Positions 8,749 through 20,387 of a stretch of 32,000 nt of DNA are shown in pieces (position 1 is the first letter of the stretch; each line of letters opens with the position of its first letter). The notes beneath the pieces are model-generated. The model was not told where the DNA came from. It was given only the letters and a program-made list of their open reading frames with translations, and ran no database searches. The position numbers and the translations under genes were made by a program. Source of the stretch: Zygophlyctis sp. KS116 (Eukaryota; Fungi; Chytridiomycota); NCBI GenBank assembly GCA_054661495.1, contig BAAFSQ010000059.1, positions 16,674 to 48,673 on the forward strand. The letters are read 5' to 3'.

Positions 8749-11530
8749 TTAAACAGTTGTCAATTTAGTTTTTATAATGCTACGCAACAAATCGGATTGC
8801 TGCTCAAATCGAGAAGGGTCTGATGTATTTTTTGATTCGTCAGGCGAAGCTTTAACCATTTTGTATACATTTACAACGCCATTATCATCACCAGACAAAA
8901 CAACCGACGATTCATTTCCAAAAGTAATAGATGTCAATTGTCTATCGAGTACTGATTGGACAATGATCGGATCTAGCCTAAAATATTATTTCAAAATTTT
9001 GTTTGTACACAGAATAACGCAAGTCCCACAGCTCTAGGCGACCATCACAAGTAACTCCGCCAAATATTGTACTTTCGATGGGTGACCAAGCTATATCTGT
9101 AACAGCATCCTATTAATTGTTAATTAATTTAATTTCATTACTTTTCCATTTTGAAATTTAAAAATATCGGTATCATCATCTTGATTCCAGAGCCTGATGG
9201 TCCAATCGGCTGAGCATGACAAAAAAATATTGCTTAAATATGGAGACCATTTGACTTTATAAACAGGGCCACTATGTCCAGAATATGATTCTAAGTATTG
9301 TTCATTATATGAAGACGAGCATCGATGAATAAAACCATCCTCTGTTCCAACAATGTATGTATTGCTCTCTTTTGAATGGAAATCAAAGCATAATCCTCCA
9401 GATTGCCTTGAAATAAAACTTGAAACTTTGGGTGCTGATCCAGATCCAGCTTTGTTTGTACTTTTCAGGAGCATTAAATCTTTAGATTTAGTATTTCAAA
9501 ATCATACTGTTAGATTCTAACCCTTTGCGAATCTGCCACTGCGTTATTCTTCCGTCAGTTGAAACGGACACCAAATATTCGCCATCGGTTTGATCATCGG
9601 TTGAGATGTTTTCTTTTCGAATCCACTTGATTTCCCAGACTGGATCATGATGCTTCAAACTTCTTAATTTAAGAAACTATGATATTACCCAGCCTCTAAA
9701 ATTTGGGATGCTCCTTTTGTTCGGACATCATATATAATAACGCGACCATCCTGGAATCCGGCAGCTAGAAGATTGGGATTGTTGTGAGCAAAATCTAATG
9801 CAGTTACCGATGAACTTGTAGGATATTGTCGCTCTGGCCACTTATAATTAATTTACACGGAAAATACTTCTGGATTTTTGACAGACCATACTAGAATGAG
9901 ACCATTATCTTCAGCTTGAATATCTGTGTTTTTTCCATAAGCAACCGCCAATATGTCCTTAACATCAACTAGTCATAAATACCTCATTGGCTTTATTAAA
10001 AGCCATGCTCATAACTTCCCTTCCGCGAGTCAGCTCGCAACGATAACACCAAAGTAATTGCAGCGAATGGGCGAAATTCGTATTTTCAAGGACATCAACC
10101 TGATCTATAATGTAAATTATATAATCCATACCTGTGGCATTTTGCTCAGGGTATTCTTCCTGGTCGGAATTATCATCTCCATTATCTTCGGCATTTTTGG
10201 CCTGTTGTGATAAATATAGCAACCTTTTTCCTTCCATCGCTTCAGCATCAACCAGATCTCGATAGCTGATCAACTTTTTTTCATAGTTATTTGAAACAAT
10301 AGCCTTTTCCATCAAAAGTAAGGAAGCTAAAATATTTTTTTGATTAAGTTGAGATAAGTCCTTCTCAACTACTGTAATCACTGCAGGCTCTTGAGTAGTC
10401 ATTCCTGTCGTATCACTTATATGCGAGGACATAATACTGGTGTAAACAGTTTCTGAATTAACATCGTCATTTCCAAAAATTGTCTTTGAAGCTATCACAT
10501 TGCTTGATGATATATCATTACTTAAAGCGCCAGATCCTAATGATGTTTCTCCTTTTAGTGGGTCGATTATGTTTTCTGCATCATTTTCTTTTTGACTAAT
10601 ATCATAAATCAAGGCTAAATTACTTATCATCTGAATTCTTATTTGCATCTCCAGTATTAAAAGCATCAAATATGCTCCATGCATTTACCATCACCTCTGA
10701 ATCTTCAAATTTCTGAGCAGTAGCTTGAATATCCTTGTTTTTTTTCGCATTATTGAAAGTCTGCATTCCTTTTTCAACAAAGTTCTCATTATTCAATTTT
10801 GTAGATTTTAACTGAATCTTTAGCTATAAAAATTCACCTCTTTATATCTTGCATTAGTAGTCCTGACAAAAGCCACATCATCAACTGTTTCATTTGATAT
10901 ACTTAAAGATGGAAGATCAAACAAAGTGATTGTATCTGTTTCGACTAAATTAATGTGTACGTATCTGTTTGGATCATTTTCTATAGGTTCGGACTTTAAC
11001 GAAAGTCGATAGCGAGTTTTCTCTAATTCTTAGATAAAATAATTACCAATTATATCATCTTTTTCATAAATTGAATCAACTGATCCAGCTGATGAATTTC
11101 TATCTTCTTCATCCTCTGAAGTTTCGCTTTGAGATGTTTTACTAGACTGACTCATCCCAGACTTTCCAAACCCAGAATTCGCCCAAGAACTTGTACTTAG
11201 CGATTCCAAATTATTCAAAACATCTGCAACCGTTTCCTATAATTAATAGTATTCATTTACCCTTGTTATTACTGATGATTCAACTGCATTCGATAGTACC
11301 GCAGCTTTATTCTTTGTGGCACTTAAAAGACTGAGTGGAGTAACATCCAATCCATTCTCATCTATGACTGTGACATTAACTTCTGGAGCCTTTAGTTTTC
11401 CTAATAGCGCTTGTGATGCTCTTGCTACGGACATTCTTGAGCTTCCGTATTGAGAGCCCATTCCTGTGACATTCATACGGGAATGAGTCTGTGAATTAGA
11501 TTTATCTTCCCTTCTTCCTGGACGCTTCAT
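8749..11530 (-). CDS. DNAI4: Axonemal dynein intermediate chain (WDR78/IC138 type)
   Basis: WD40 C-terminus with KHHDPVWEIKW, YIVGTEDGFIHRCSSSYNEQYLESYSGHSGPVYKVKWSP and SCSADWTIRLW; N-terminal VIDENGLDVTPLSL. Introns 8978-9008, 9110-9141, 9480-9507, 9663-9688, 9841-9867, 9958-9982, 10105-10131 (in-frame, tentative), 10596-10623, 10812-10837, 11023-11046, 11237-11260. Confidence 0.88.
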
Positions 11531-11731
11531 AAAGTTAACGGGAGATTTTCGGACAGAACGTGTGTAACTTACGTGATTCCGTAACGGGACCTGAATTTCC
11601 CTCTTTGAATCTCTGAGTTTTCTTTTAATAAAAATAGATCAGATTGTAAGAAGAAAAATTATTAATGATGGTTCAGGATATAGTCTGATTTCAAAATTTA
11701 CACGATTTTTTATTTAAAATCCAATTGATTT

Positions 11732-12424
11732 TTAATCAACTATTTCAGGTTTTGATTCAGTTTCAGGTTCACTTGGAGGAGGCGCCGGCGTTTCTGGCAC
11801 ATGGACAACTGATTCAATCTTTGGTTCTCCTTCTTTTGCTGTTTGAGGTTTTGATTCAGTTTCATTTTTGCTATATATATCCTTTAAGCTAATGCAAAGT
11901 CCCGTTGCATCCGCCTTTATATTTGTGTAGAGGCATACACCATTCTCGCATGCATCATTTTTAGGGCCGCCGCACTTTTTAAGATGAGTAGCCAGTTTAT
12001 GTAATTCATCTTTTTGAATATCATTGGCACCTATTTTTGGAACGCATTTTCCTATTGGATGCATACAATTTGGCGTCATGGCCAAACATCGAAAATCTGG
12101 CAATTCACAAACAAAATTTTCTTCACATCCAACATGTGGAAATCCTCCACATTCTTTTCCTTTATTTTCAGTTTGAGGATCATTTTCAGTTGAGTCTGTT
12201 GATCCAGTGCAAACACCCCATGCTTCCTTCTTTGCACCCTTCTTTGCATCCTTAGAACCCGATAGTTTACAATAACCGCTCACACATTGAATCTTATCAG
12301 GACCGCCACACTTTTCCCCAACTGTTGGTGGTAATGCTGGTCCAGCTGGCAATACTGTGGCGATTTGAGCCGGATAGGCAGTCACTAGAGAGAGAAGAGC
12401 TAAAGATATTTGAATTGATTTCAT
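11732..12424 (-). CDS. Secreted cysteine-rich protein with three CGG-x5-C-x4/5-C modules and a Pro/Glu-rich tail
   Basis: Signal peptide MKSIQISLALLSLVTA. Modules KCGGPDKIQCVSGYC, ECGGFPHVGCEENFVC and KCGGPKNDACENGVC. ETESKP occurs twice in the tail. Confidence 0.75.
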   Translation of the reverse strand: MKSIQISLALLSLVTAYPAQIATVLPAGPALPPTVGEKCGGPDKIQCVSGYCKLSGSKDAKKGAKKEAWGVCTGSTDSTENDPQTENKGKECGGFPHVGCEENFVCELPDFRCLAMTPNCMHPIGKCVPKIGANDIQKDELHKLATHLKKCGGPKNDACENGVCLYTNIKADATGLCISLKDIYSKNETESKPQTAKEGEPKIESVVHVPETPAPPPSEPETESKPEIVD

Positions 12425-12753
12425 TTTTTTAATAATCTATTGCGGCGTGGCGTCTAAACGGCCATACGGTGGCTTCCGATCGGCATTGACGAAGATCAGT
12501 TCATAATTTGAATCTGATGCAATATCAAGCCATATAATAAGGTTATAATTTATGGTATAATTTAGTAAAATCACTGATTGTCCGATATTTATAGTTTACA
12601 GTTGAGTCGAGTTGTTTAGAGTTGGTTTCACTTTAGAAGTAGTAGAAAAAGAACTAAAATGACTCAGAATGAATATAATTTTTAATTAGAGGCATATCAC
12701 AAACTTGAACTATTTCATTAAAATATTTTTAAATTTGATCTTCGCACTACAAA

Positions 12754-13699
12754 ATGTTCCCAAACTGCCCAAACGTAGAAAAAACATCATTCATGTCTTT
12801 ATTTTTCCTTGCGATAGTAACTTTGTTAATTACATTTAGTATCCTTCTAAACTACAACTCTGCGGTTATTTTGAATAGACTCACTGATCCTCCTAAACTG
12901 CGAAATCTCGGTTGGACTGCATATTTTGGACTTTTAGGCATAGTTTTCACATTGGAATTTTATGAAATATCAGACAGATTCATAGACTTTTTAAAGAGAA
13001 TTTGTGTTTGGATTCTGTTCCAGTCTATAATGCATGAATACAATGCTAGATCTTATTTAAACGATACTACTGAAGATTCGACATTTGTTACTCCGGAAGA
13101 AGAGTTTCCTATTCTTTCAAACCAATCAGACAATCATCAGGAAGATCATCAGGTAGAAATTAGGCAAGATCAGGAAGGCAGCGTAAATGTAACTCTAGAT
13201 AAAACACATGAAATTTGGTCAATAATAGCAATGGTTACATTAATATTATCAATATTTTGTGTTTTCTTTCAGAAATTCTTATTGGTGTTTTACGTGATGC
13301 AAGTAATTCCAGTTTTTGGAATATTTAGTCTTTACGTTTTTAGAAGTGGGCCTTCAACTATTGCTAAATTTCTACTGTTTTTAGGACTGATATTTAATTT
13401 TACAAGTTGGGTTTCAACATCAGTACAGTTGGAAATCGTCAAATATTTAATTCAAGGAGAGGATTACGCATTGAAAATGTGTATTGTTCCTCCTTACTGG
13501 TGGGGAGATCCTCCAAGAGGGTAATTTAAAATTATTAAGTTAAAGATGGGCATCTTGGATCGATGTGATTGCTTGGTTAGGAGTATTGAGTTACCTTTTG
13601 GTTTACATGTTTATAAAAGTGGAATTTAAGAGGAATTTAGAATTAGAAATCGTGGATGCTATAAGGCATGTTCAGAGGACATTTGATTTTGCTATATAA
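12754..13699 (+). CDS. Multi-pass membrane protein of unknown function
   Basis: Several hydrophobic segments. Intron 13521-13545 extends the ORF with GWASWIDVIAWLGVLSYLLVYMFIKVEF...FDFAI to TAA at 13697-13699. Confidence 0.7.
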
Positions 13700-13825
13700 G
13701 AAATTTTATTCAATTGAATACGTGCATTAAATTTCCATATTTTTGACAATTACAGGACAAAACATTTGCAAATTATTATACGCAGCAGCGAGGGATAAAT
13801 TCTTGATCTTCTTCAACATTTACAA

Positions 13826-13972
13826 ATGTTACTAATGAATTCTAATCAATGCTCTAATTATTCTAGACCAGGCGCTGGAAAGGGAATGGGACCAGGAAAT
13901 GCAGGAGGATGGCCAAGTACGACTGGAAATAAATCAGGATCTGGACGATCTAATAATCCACCTAAAAAATAG
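13826..13972 (+). CDS. 48-aa Gly/Asn/Pro-rich microprotein MLLMNSNQCSNYSRPGAGKGMGPGNAGGWPSTTGNKSGSGRSNNPPKK
   Basis: ATG at 13826 (alternative 13835) to TAG at 13970-13972. Local GC rise with mostly A/T third codon positions (GGA, CCA, GCA, AAT, TCT), as in neighbouring genes. Below the ORF-track size cut-off. Confidence 0.6.
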   Translation: MLLMNSNQCSNYSRPGAGKGMGPGNAGGWPSTTGNKSGSGRSNNPPKK

Positions 13973-14053
13973 GATACTTGGAATAAAATGCTTAATAGCT
14001 TAAGCAATCTGATTAATTTCTTTTTTGAGTTTGATTAAACAATGAGATAAACC

Positions 14054-14077
14054 TTTCGGACATCATTTTTCGGACAT
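14054..14077. repeat. Tandem TTTCGGACAT x2 (reverse complement of the TGTCCGA motif)
   Basis: Copies at 14054-14063 and 14068-14077 in intergenic DNA. Confidence 0.55.
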
Positions 14078-14305
14078 TCAAATTTTGTTGAACAATTTAA
14101 TCATGATCATTTCATCTTATCTATAATTTCTAGTCTGGTAAATTCCTTTTGAACGACAATCCCAGTAATCCCAAAATATAGCCCTCATCCCATTTGAATA
14201 TTCATAGAGTCATCCTTTTAACAACGATAAATATTTCGGGTTTACTTTCAAAAATATGTGCGAGCGTGTCGAACAAACAACGTACGTCATTTGACTTTCC
14301 AAAAA

Positions 14306-15194
14306 ATGAGTACTGTTATCCCAGAATCGATCGGTCCAAATAATAAGTCCAGAGCTCAATTAATAAACTTTTTGTCACAGCAGAAATCTAAAACCCATAT
14401 GTACTACAAGAATAATAATCTTTAGAGTCCGAAATCATTTCAGGGCGCATTCCAATGAAACAGATATTTCAATTGGTAGACATAGAATGCATGAATGGAG
14501 AGATTCAGATCCGGACATTGAATCAAAAGATGATAAATTGTATAATAATTCAATTTTAAAGAAAGTGATTTTATTGATCAAATCGCACATTTAACGCATT
14601 CAAAGTAAAACTTTTAATATTTATCATAGTATTTCTGTCAAGGACAAAAAATATGAAATTCTCTATGAAAAACAGCGAATGCATGATTTAGGAGTAAGAG
14701 AACGATTATTTCAGGAAACGATTGAAATGCAAAAAGAAATTCAACAATTTGCAGTTAAAATCACTGAAAAAGGACAAGCGGTCAACAATCTTACAAATGC
14801 ATTAGAGATCAAGATGAAGAAAAAAGACTGTTTAGATCTAATTTTAGGAGAATTAATGTTTCAAATGGATAGATTTACGAATAGAATGCAACAAGTAGAG
14901 AGAATCAATTCAGCCGTTTCTCAAGCACAGGCTTTAGCTGCAAAAAAGGCAAAAACAAACAGATTAACAGGAATTAAAGGAACAGTACTTGGCGGAAATA
15001 ACAGTAACATGCTGGGTAGCATATATGCAATGAATAAGTATTTTCCATTTGATATAATATTTAGAGTAAGATCTTCTAGATCAGCAGGATTAAATAATGC
15101 GACGAAAGGATCTCAATATCTTGACAATTCTAGAAATTTATCAAGACATGCGATTAATATTGCATCGAGAATGAATATTTCTGATCTTAAATAA
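14306..15194 (+). CDS. Coiled-coil protein of unknown function
   Basis: ATG 14306. Introns 14401-14425, 14540-14565, 14605-14629 and a tentative in-frame 15038-15064 join into the 14679-15194 ORF, which has a heptad-like middle region. Confidence 0.55.
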
Positions 15195-15397
15195 AAATTG
15201 TTGATTGATTTGCTCATTATCCAAGTCCGATAATTTTAGGTCGCTGTTCGGACACCAGCTGATAACTCCAAAACGCCTTTACAGCAATTTACAGGCCTAA
15301 CTTTGATTGCAGATCCCTATTATTGATGGATCAGGGAATCTATATTTGAAAAAGAACAGATATTCTTGGTAATCAAAAAGTAAATTTTCATCGAAAA

Positions 15398-16470
15398 ATG
15401 CTCCAGTTTCCACCCGCCTTTTCTACCTTTTTACAGGACAATATGATATTTATTGCTGATTTAGATCAGATTCCTAGGACAATCAGAGTCAAAAAAGATA
15501 TTGATATTTCAGAATTAGAAAATGATTTAAAAACAGATAGCATTAGGAAACTGGATTGGTTTCCCAACTTTTATCAATTGAATGCATCAGTCAAATTAGC
15601 TCAGAGTGCATTATATTTGAATGGATTGATATATGGGATGGATGTTACTTCTGCTGTAGCAGTGCATGCTCTTGAGATTGGTCCAAACGATCAAGTCTTA
15701 GATCTTTGCTGTGCCCCTGGAGCAAAGACTTGTTATATTTCAGACTTGCAGGGAAATTTAGGTATTGGGACGGTCACCGGTGTTGATCTCTCAAAACAAC
15801 GACTCTCGGTTTGTAAAAGTCTGACAAAAAAATATAAATTGGAAAAATGTCGATTATTTCATGCTGATGGAACTAATTTTGATGTTTATGCACCTTCAAG
15901 AGTGGGATCAACTGTTTTATTGGTAATTTTATTTTTCTAAACTGAAAGCAATCACCAATGTGCCAAAAGGGGTTATTTATGAGGCCATTTCATGCTTGTA
16001 GGAAAATTAGAAGCGACTTACAATTGAAACATGAAGAATTATTATATGATAAAGTTTTAGTAGATGCAGAATGTACACATGATGGATCTATTTTTCACCT
16101 AATAAAGCAAGATTCACGCAATTGGGATTCTTTGGAGAAAATCATTAATCCAGAAAAGTTGAATAATTTACAAAATCTACAAAGAAGACTATTAATGAAT
16201 GGATTTCGTTTACTCAAGCCAGGAGGAATTCTAGTCTATTCTACTTGTTCATTCTTTAAAGCTCAAAATGAAGATATTGTGTCATGGTTAATATGTTTTT
16301 GTTCAGGACAAGCAATCATTGAACGTATACCAGACAGTGAAAAATTTCCTTTAGCACCAATTGTAGATCCAACGATCCCATGTATCAATTCTCAGTATAT
16401 GATTAGATTTTCTCCCAAACATTCCAAAACTTCTGGTCTGTTTATAGCTAGAATAAGAAAAATGTGGTAA
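15398..16470 (+). CDS. NOL1/NOP2/Sun (RsmB/NSUN) family RNA m5C methyltransferase
   Basis: VLDLCCAPGAKT (motif I), DKVLVDAEC (motif IV), LKPGGILVYSTCS (motif VI), TSGLFIARIRK. Intron 15923-15948. Confidence 0.9.
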
Positions 16471-16508
16471 TTTTTTAAGTTATATTTGGTTATTCTATCA
16501 AGAAGCAT

Positions 16509-17357
16509 CTATCCATAATAATCTAGAAACAAAAGTACAAAGCTAGCAACTAATAGAAATACAAAAACCCATATTCTAGCTTGACCAAACATTTCTTGAG
16601 TTTTCTTCAATTGCTTTTGTGCACCATCCATATACTGTACTGAATCCAAAATATCAGTGTTAATAGACTCAATAACTTCTTGTTGTGCTGATAAGTGATG
16701 TGATAACGTAGATTGGAGCGTAGAAATCTCTTGAATAGTCTGAGTAGTCTTTACAACCTCTTCCATATCCCCTTGCAGTTTCTTTAAAAGCGATTCATTT
16801 TCTCGTTCGAGAATCATGCGTTTGTCATCATTTAAATCCTGGACAAGATCATCATCTTCTTCATCATCATCTTTTGAAAAAGACCTGTTAAACTGTATTG
16901 GCCTATAACTTTAATTTCAAGTATTATATACGCTGATATTGATCGCAATTCATTCCTCCTCTTTTGCATGTTTCCAAGTTCTGCCGAGACTTTTGAAAGC
17001 CTACTTTCAAGTATCCATACAATAGCCATCAGATGTTGCTTAAGATGATCCGTTGAATCACAAAGTTTTGACAGAGTCTGAATTCTATTATAACAACTTT
17101 TCACCAATGTGCTCCATTGCTGATCTAATTCATCTTTTTCATTTTCGGAAAGTCCGTTTATTCCCTGAAAGGATAAATACAACAACTTTGATTTAGAAAA
17201 TTGATTTTGCAATTCTTGTACTTGATCGGCCTAAGTTTATTAGGAAATTGCATACAATCGCATTCGCTTCCAACAGAAACCCAGATTTAGGAGATTTACA
17301 ACTCTTCTCAACTACATCCACTCCCAAAAACTCTAGAAACTCTAATGTGCGATTCAT
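16509..17357 (-). CDS. Syntaxin-18/Ufe1-like ER t-SNARE
   Basis: N-peptide MNRTLEF, SNARE motif (TIQEISTLQSTLSHHLSAQQEVIESI), C-terminal TM ending FLDYYG. Introns 17231-17255 and 16903-16931. Confidence 0.8.
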
Positions 17358-17497
17358 ACTCTGTTAACCTGAACCAACAACTCACTAATTTAAAAGATAA
17401 TCGGACATGTGCATTAAATATATTATAATTCTATTTAGAAGAAATTCTACTTCTAAGAAGATTCTATCAAAATCCCACAATATATCTTCATGATTGC

Positions 17498-18560
17498 TTA
17501 TGGGAACAAGATTGAGAGAAGAAATGGCAAGACTGCTGTAGACAGAAATCCTATTCCACAATAGTTTACAATAAGAATAATTGTTTCTAAACTCCATGGA
17601 TCCTTTCTTGGATGGTTTTTATCAATTTTAGAAACTCTTTTCCTTAAAATTCCCCAAAATCTTTTCCAAGACAACAAAACCATCAGACCCACACCAATCC
17701 TTTTCATAAATCCTGAAAAATTCGAGACTGACTTGACTTGCAGACCAAAAACATCAATAATTCTAGGACTGAAATATCTTGCCGACAAAACTCCAACTAC
17801 AACAGAAATAAAACAAATAGAGTCAATATAACATGGACAATAACTTTCCGGAAGGGGTTGAAAGTGAATTACTAGAAATATTAGTACTAGTAATGTAGAA
17901 TGAACTATAATTTAGAATTATTATCCAAATAATACCTTTAATAACTGAAGAATTTTCTAGGAATTCCAGTAAACTCGAAAAACTATAGTGAATTCCAACT
18001 TGAACCAAAAATCCGATTAAAATTCCAAAACCAATATCTAAAAATCCATGCATTCCTAGAGCTATTCTAGAAGATATAACTAAAAATGTAACCGAGTAGA
18101 GAAAAATCAGAATATTTATAGGGATTTGGCCATTATATATTTCTATCAGCCATCCATACAAAAATAATGCGATTGAAGTTGCATTTGCAGCATGAGTTGA
18201 AGGACAACCAAATTCCATTGAATGATATTTTGCCACAGAATTCCTTTTAATGCTAGGAGATTGCGGTCTCGGTAAAGATAAATAATCTTTCAAATAACAT
18301 GTTACAATGACTCCAACTCCCAAATTTAATACTATATTTGTCCCAAAATTCATAAATTCTCTTTGAGTTGGGAAATAAATCCAAAAAAACAGTGGAAGAA
18401 TAGTTAAATAAAAAGAATGAGTTCCTAGAATGGATGCAGTCTGAAATAGAGTCAATGGAAAGAGAGTATTTAAGACATGTTGTGTGTACACTAGCAGTTT
18501 TGTTTCCTTGTAAAGTATATCAGAGAGCTGAGATCGGACCCAGGACTTCAAATTTCCCAT
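17498..18560 (-). CDS. PAP2-family sphingoid-base-1-phosphate phosphatase (LCB3/SGPP1-like)
   Basis: LGTHSFY, KDYLSLPRP, EFGCPSTHAANA, SRIALGMHGFLD, and CPCYIDS after intron 17905-17935. Start uncertain: ATG 18560 or ATG 18614; the track start 18626 is GTG. Confidence 0.88.
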
Positions 18561-18565
18561 GGCCA

Positions 18566-18576
18566 GGAGTCGAACC
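18566..18576 (-). promoter_or_regulatory. Perfect RNA polymerase III B-box (GGTTCGACTCC) within a tRNA T-arm-like hairpin, with no complete tRNA
   Basis: Minus strand reads TCAGG-TTCGACT-CCTGG-CCATGGG-A. No A-box, D-arm or complementary acceptor 5' strand was found upstream. Confidence 0.4.
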
Positions 18577-18599
18577 TGAGACTTCAAATTTGATTCCGA

Positions 18600-20302
18600 A
18601 TGTCTGAATCGCATGAAAGTTTCCACTCTTTTACTGGTTCTAATGATAGTTTCCTGAAACGTTCTAGTATTGATAATAGTTTAGATAATGCTGCATTGTC
18701 TAAATCTTCAAAGCAGGATCCTCCAACTTCAAAATTAGAAATGACTGCTTATTATGGACTTAACATGGGAATGTCTGCTATTTGTCAAATTGGTCCGGTC
18801 ATGTAATTTTAATGCTTTTAAAACTAGACTATTTCCAATTATTCTGGATTCCTTATCTGCAAAAATAGGAACTTATACAATCAATGGCATTGAATACCCT
18901 TGTACTCTAAAGGAAACGCTGATAGATAATGGTACGATTGCTCCAAAATCTTCTCCGTCTTGTCAGTTTTTATTTATGGGAAGTAAGTTGGACACTGCAT
19001 CTTTTGCGAATTTTGTAACTGCATTTTCCGTTTTTATTCAGGCGTTTTTGTATATTTCTGTGGCTTCTTTTGGGGATTATGGAGTTTGGAGAAAGAAATT
19101 ACTAGTCAATTTTGGATTTATTGGGATTTTATCTTGTTTATTCATGCCTGTAGCTTATGAACCTTCTTTATACTGGATAGCAGCACTAGTTGTAATGTCT
19201 ATAAATATTTTTCAAGGTGTTTCATATGTGTTTTTAGATGGATTTTTTCCTCTGCTAACAAGAAATGATCCAGATGTTAAAAAAGGAAAAATATCATTTG
19301 ATAGTAAGGGTAATTCTATTCAAGCTTTTGGTTTTGTAACTGGGAATATAACTGGAATAACATTTCTAGCAATAACTCTATTGGTCTTGAATTTTTTCCC
19401 TCAGAATTCAATCATGGTTGCTCAAATAATGGTTGCAGTTTGTGGGATATGGTGGTTATTTTGGTTGATTTTTGCAGCTATTTATCTACAACCAAGACCA
19501 GGTCCTCCGCTTCCAGATGGACAGTCAAATTTTATTCTATTTTCATGGATTACAGTTTGGAATACTTTTTGTAAATGGAGGAAAATTCCCAATACTTTTC
19601 TATTTCTTTCTTCTTTTTTCATGTATACTGATGCATTACATACGCTTGCTCAAGAAGCAATACTTTTTTGTACGCATGAACTAGATATGTCTGTTCAAGA
19701 GGCTTTGGTCATTGGAATTGTTTTTCCGATATCTGGAATATGCGGAAATATTGTTCTACTTTATGTGCAACGACTATTTAGGATTTCCACAAAGGGAATG
19801 CTTTTTGGATTGCTCATAGTTTGTAATTTCTTTATCTAATCATAAAGTGACTTTAATTCCTTGTTACGCTCTTATAGGTATATATAGTGATCGTTTTGGT
19901 CTCGTACATAAATGGGAGGCATACTTGATTGCATGGTAATTTCGAATATCTTGTTTAACATATAGCACTGGCTTTATATTTGGACCTATTCAGTCTTTTG
20001 GAAAAGTCTTATTCGCTGAAATAATTCCTGAGGGATCAGAATCTGAATTCTTTGCTCTTGCCGCAATTGTAGACCGTGGTAGCTCATGGATTGGTCCTAT
20101 ATTGGTTGGAGCAGTCACAAATGCATTAAATATTCGATATGGAATGGCATCAATATCCATATTATTCATTCTTGGACTTCCACCCTTATATTTTGTCGAT
20201 GTGAAAAAAGGAATCAGAGACGCTCGCTCATACGCCAATCATATTTTGGAAACCTCTGATGCAGTATTTTCAGAGAATGATTCTTTTTTAGTTAATGTTT
20301 AA
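18600..20302 (+). CDS. ATG22: ATG22-like vacuolar MFS amino-acid effluxer
   Basis: DTASFANFVTAFSVFIQAFLYISVASFGDYGVWRKKLL, WWLFW...LQPRPGPPLP, EIIPEGSESEFFAL..IVDRGSSWIGP. Introns 18803-18827, 19823-19847, 19936-19965. Confidence 0.85.
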
Positions 20303-20387
20303 GTGTCCATATTCTTTCTAATAGAAATCTTTAGTTTTCAAATAATTCCCGCTTCAATGACATCACTGACCTTAAAATCATTTTTAA

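Noticed and set aside
11531-11600. RFX X-box upstream of DNAI4 (and of CCDC40 at 20303-20387)
   Set aside because: No adequate GTTNCC..GNAAC match; the CCGTAACGG palindrome is too short to call.
12530-12565. Triple TATAAT resembling bacterial -10 boxes
   Set aside because: Eukaryotic AT-rich context; expected by chance or as TATA-like sequence.
13839-14003. Alternative +1 frame (DQALEREWDQEMQEDGQVRLEINQDLDDLII...)
   Set aside because: No early ATG and many G/C-ending codons; the Gly-rich frame fits local codon bias better.
14100-14260. Short minus-strand ORFs or a possible gene relic (e.g. MRAIFWDYWDCRSKG...)
   Set aside because: All frames are short with stops, show no recognisable homology and have no convincing intron rescue.
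18550-18640. Complete tRNA gene on the minus strand
   Set aside because: Only the T-arm and a 3' strand are present; the upstream sequence cannot fold into a cloverleaf.
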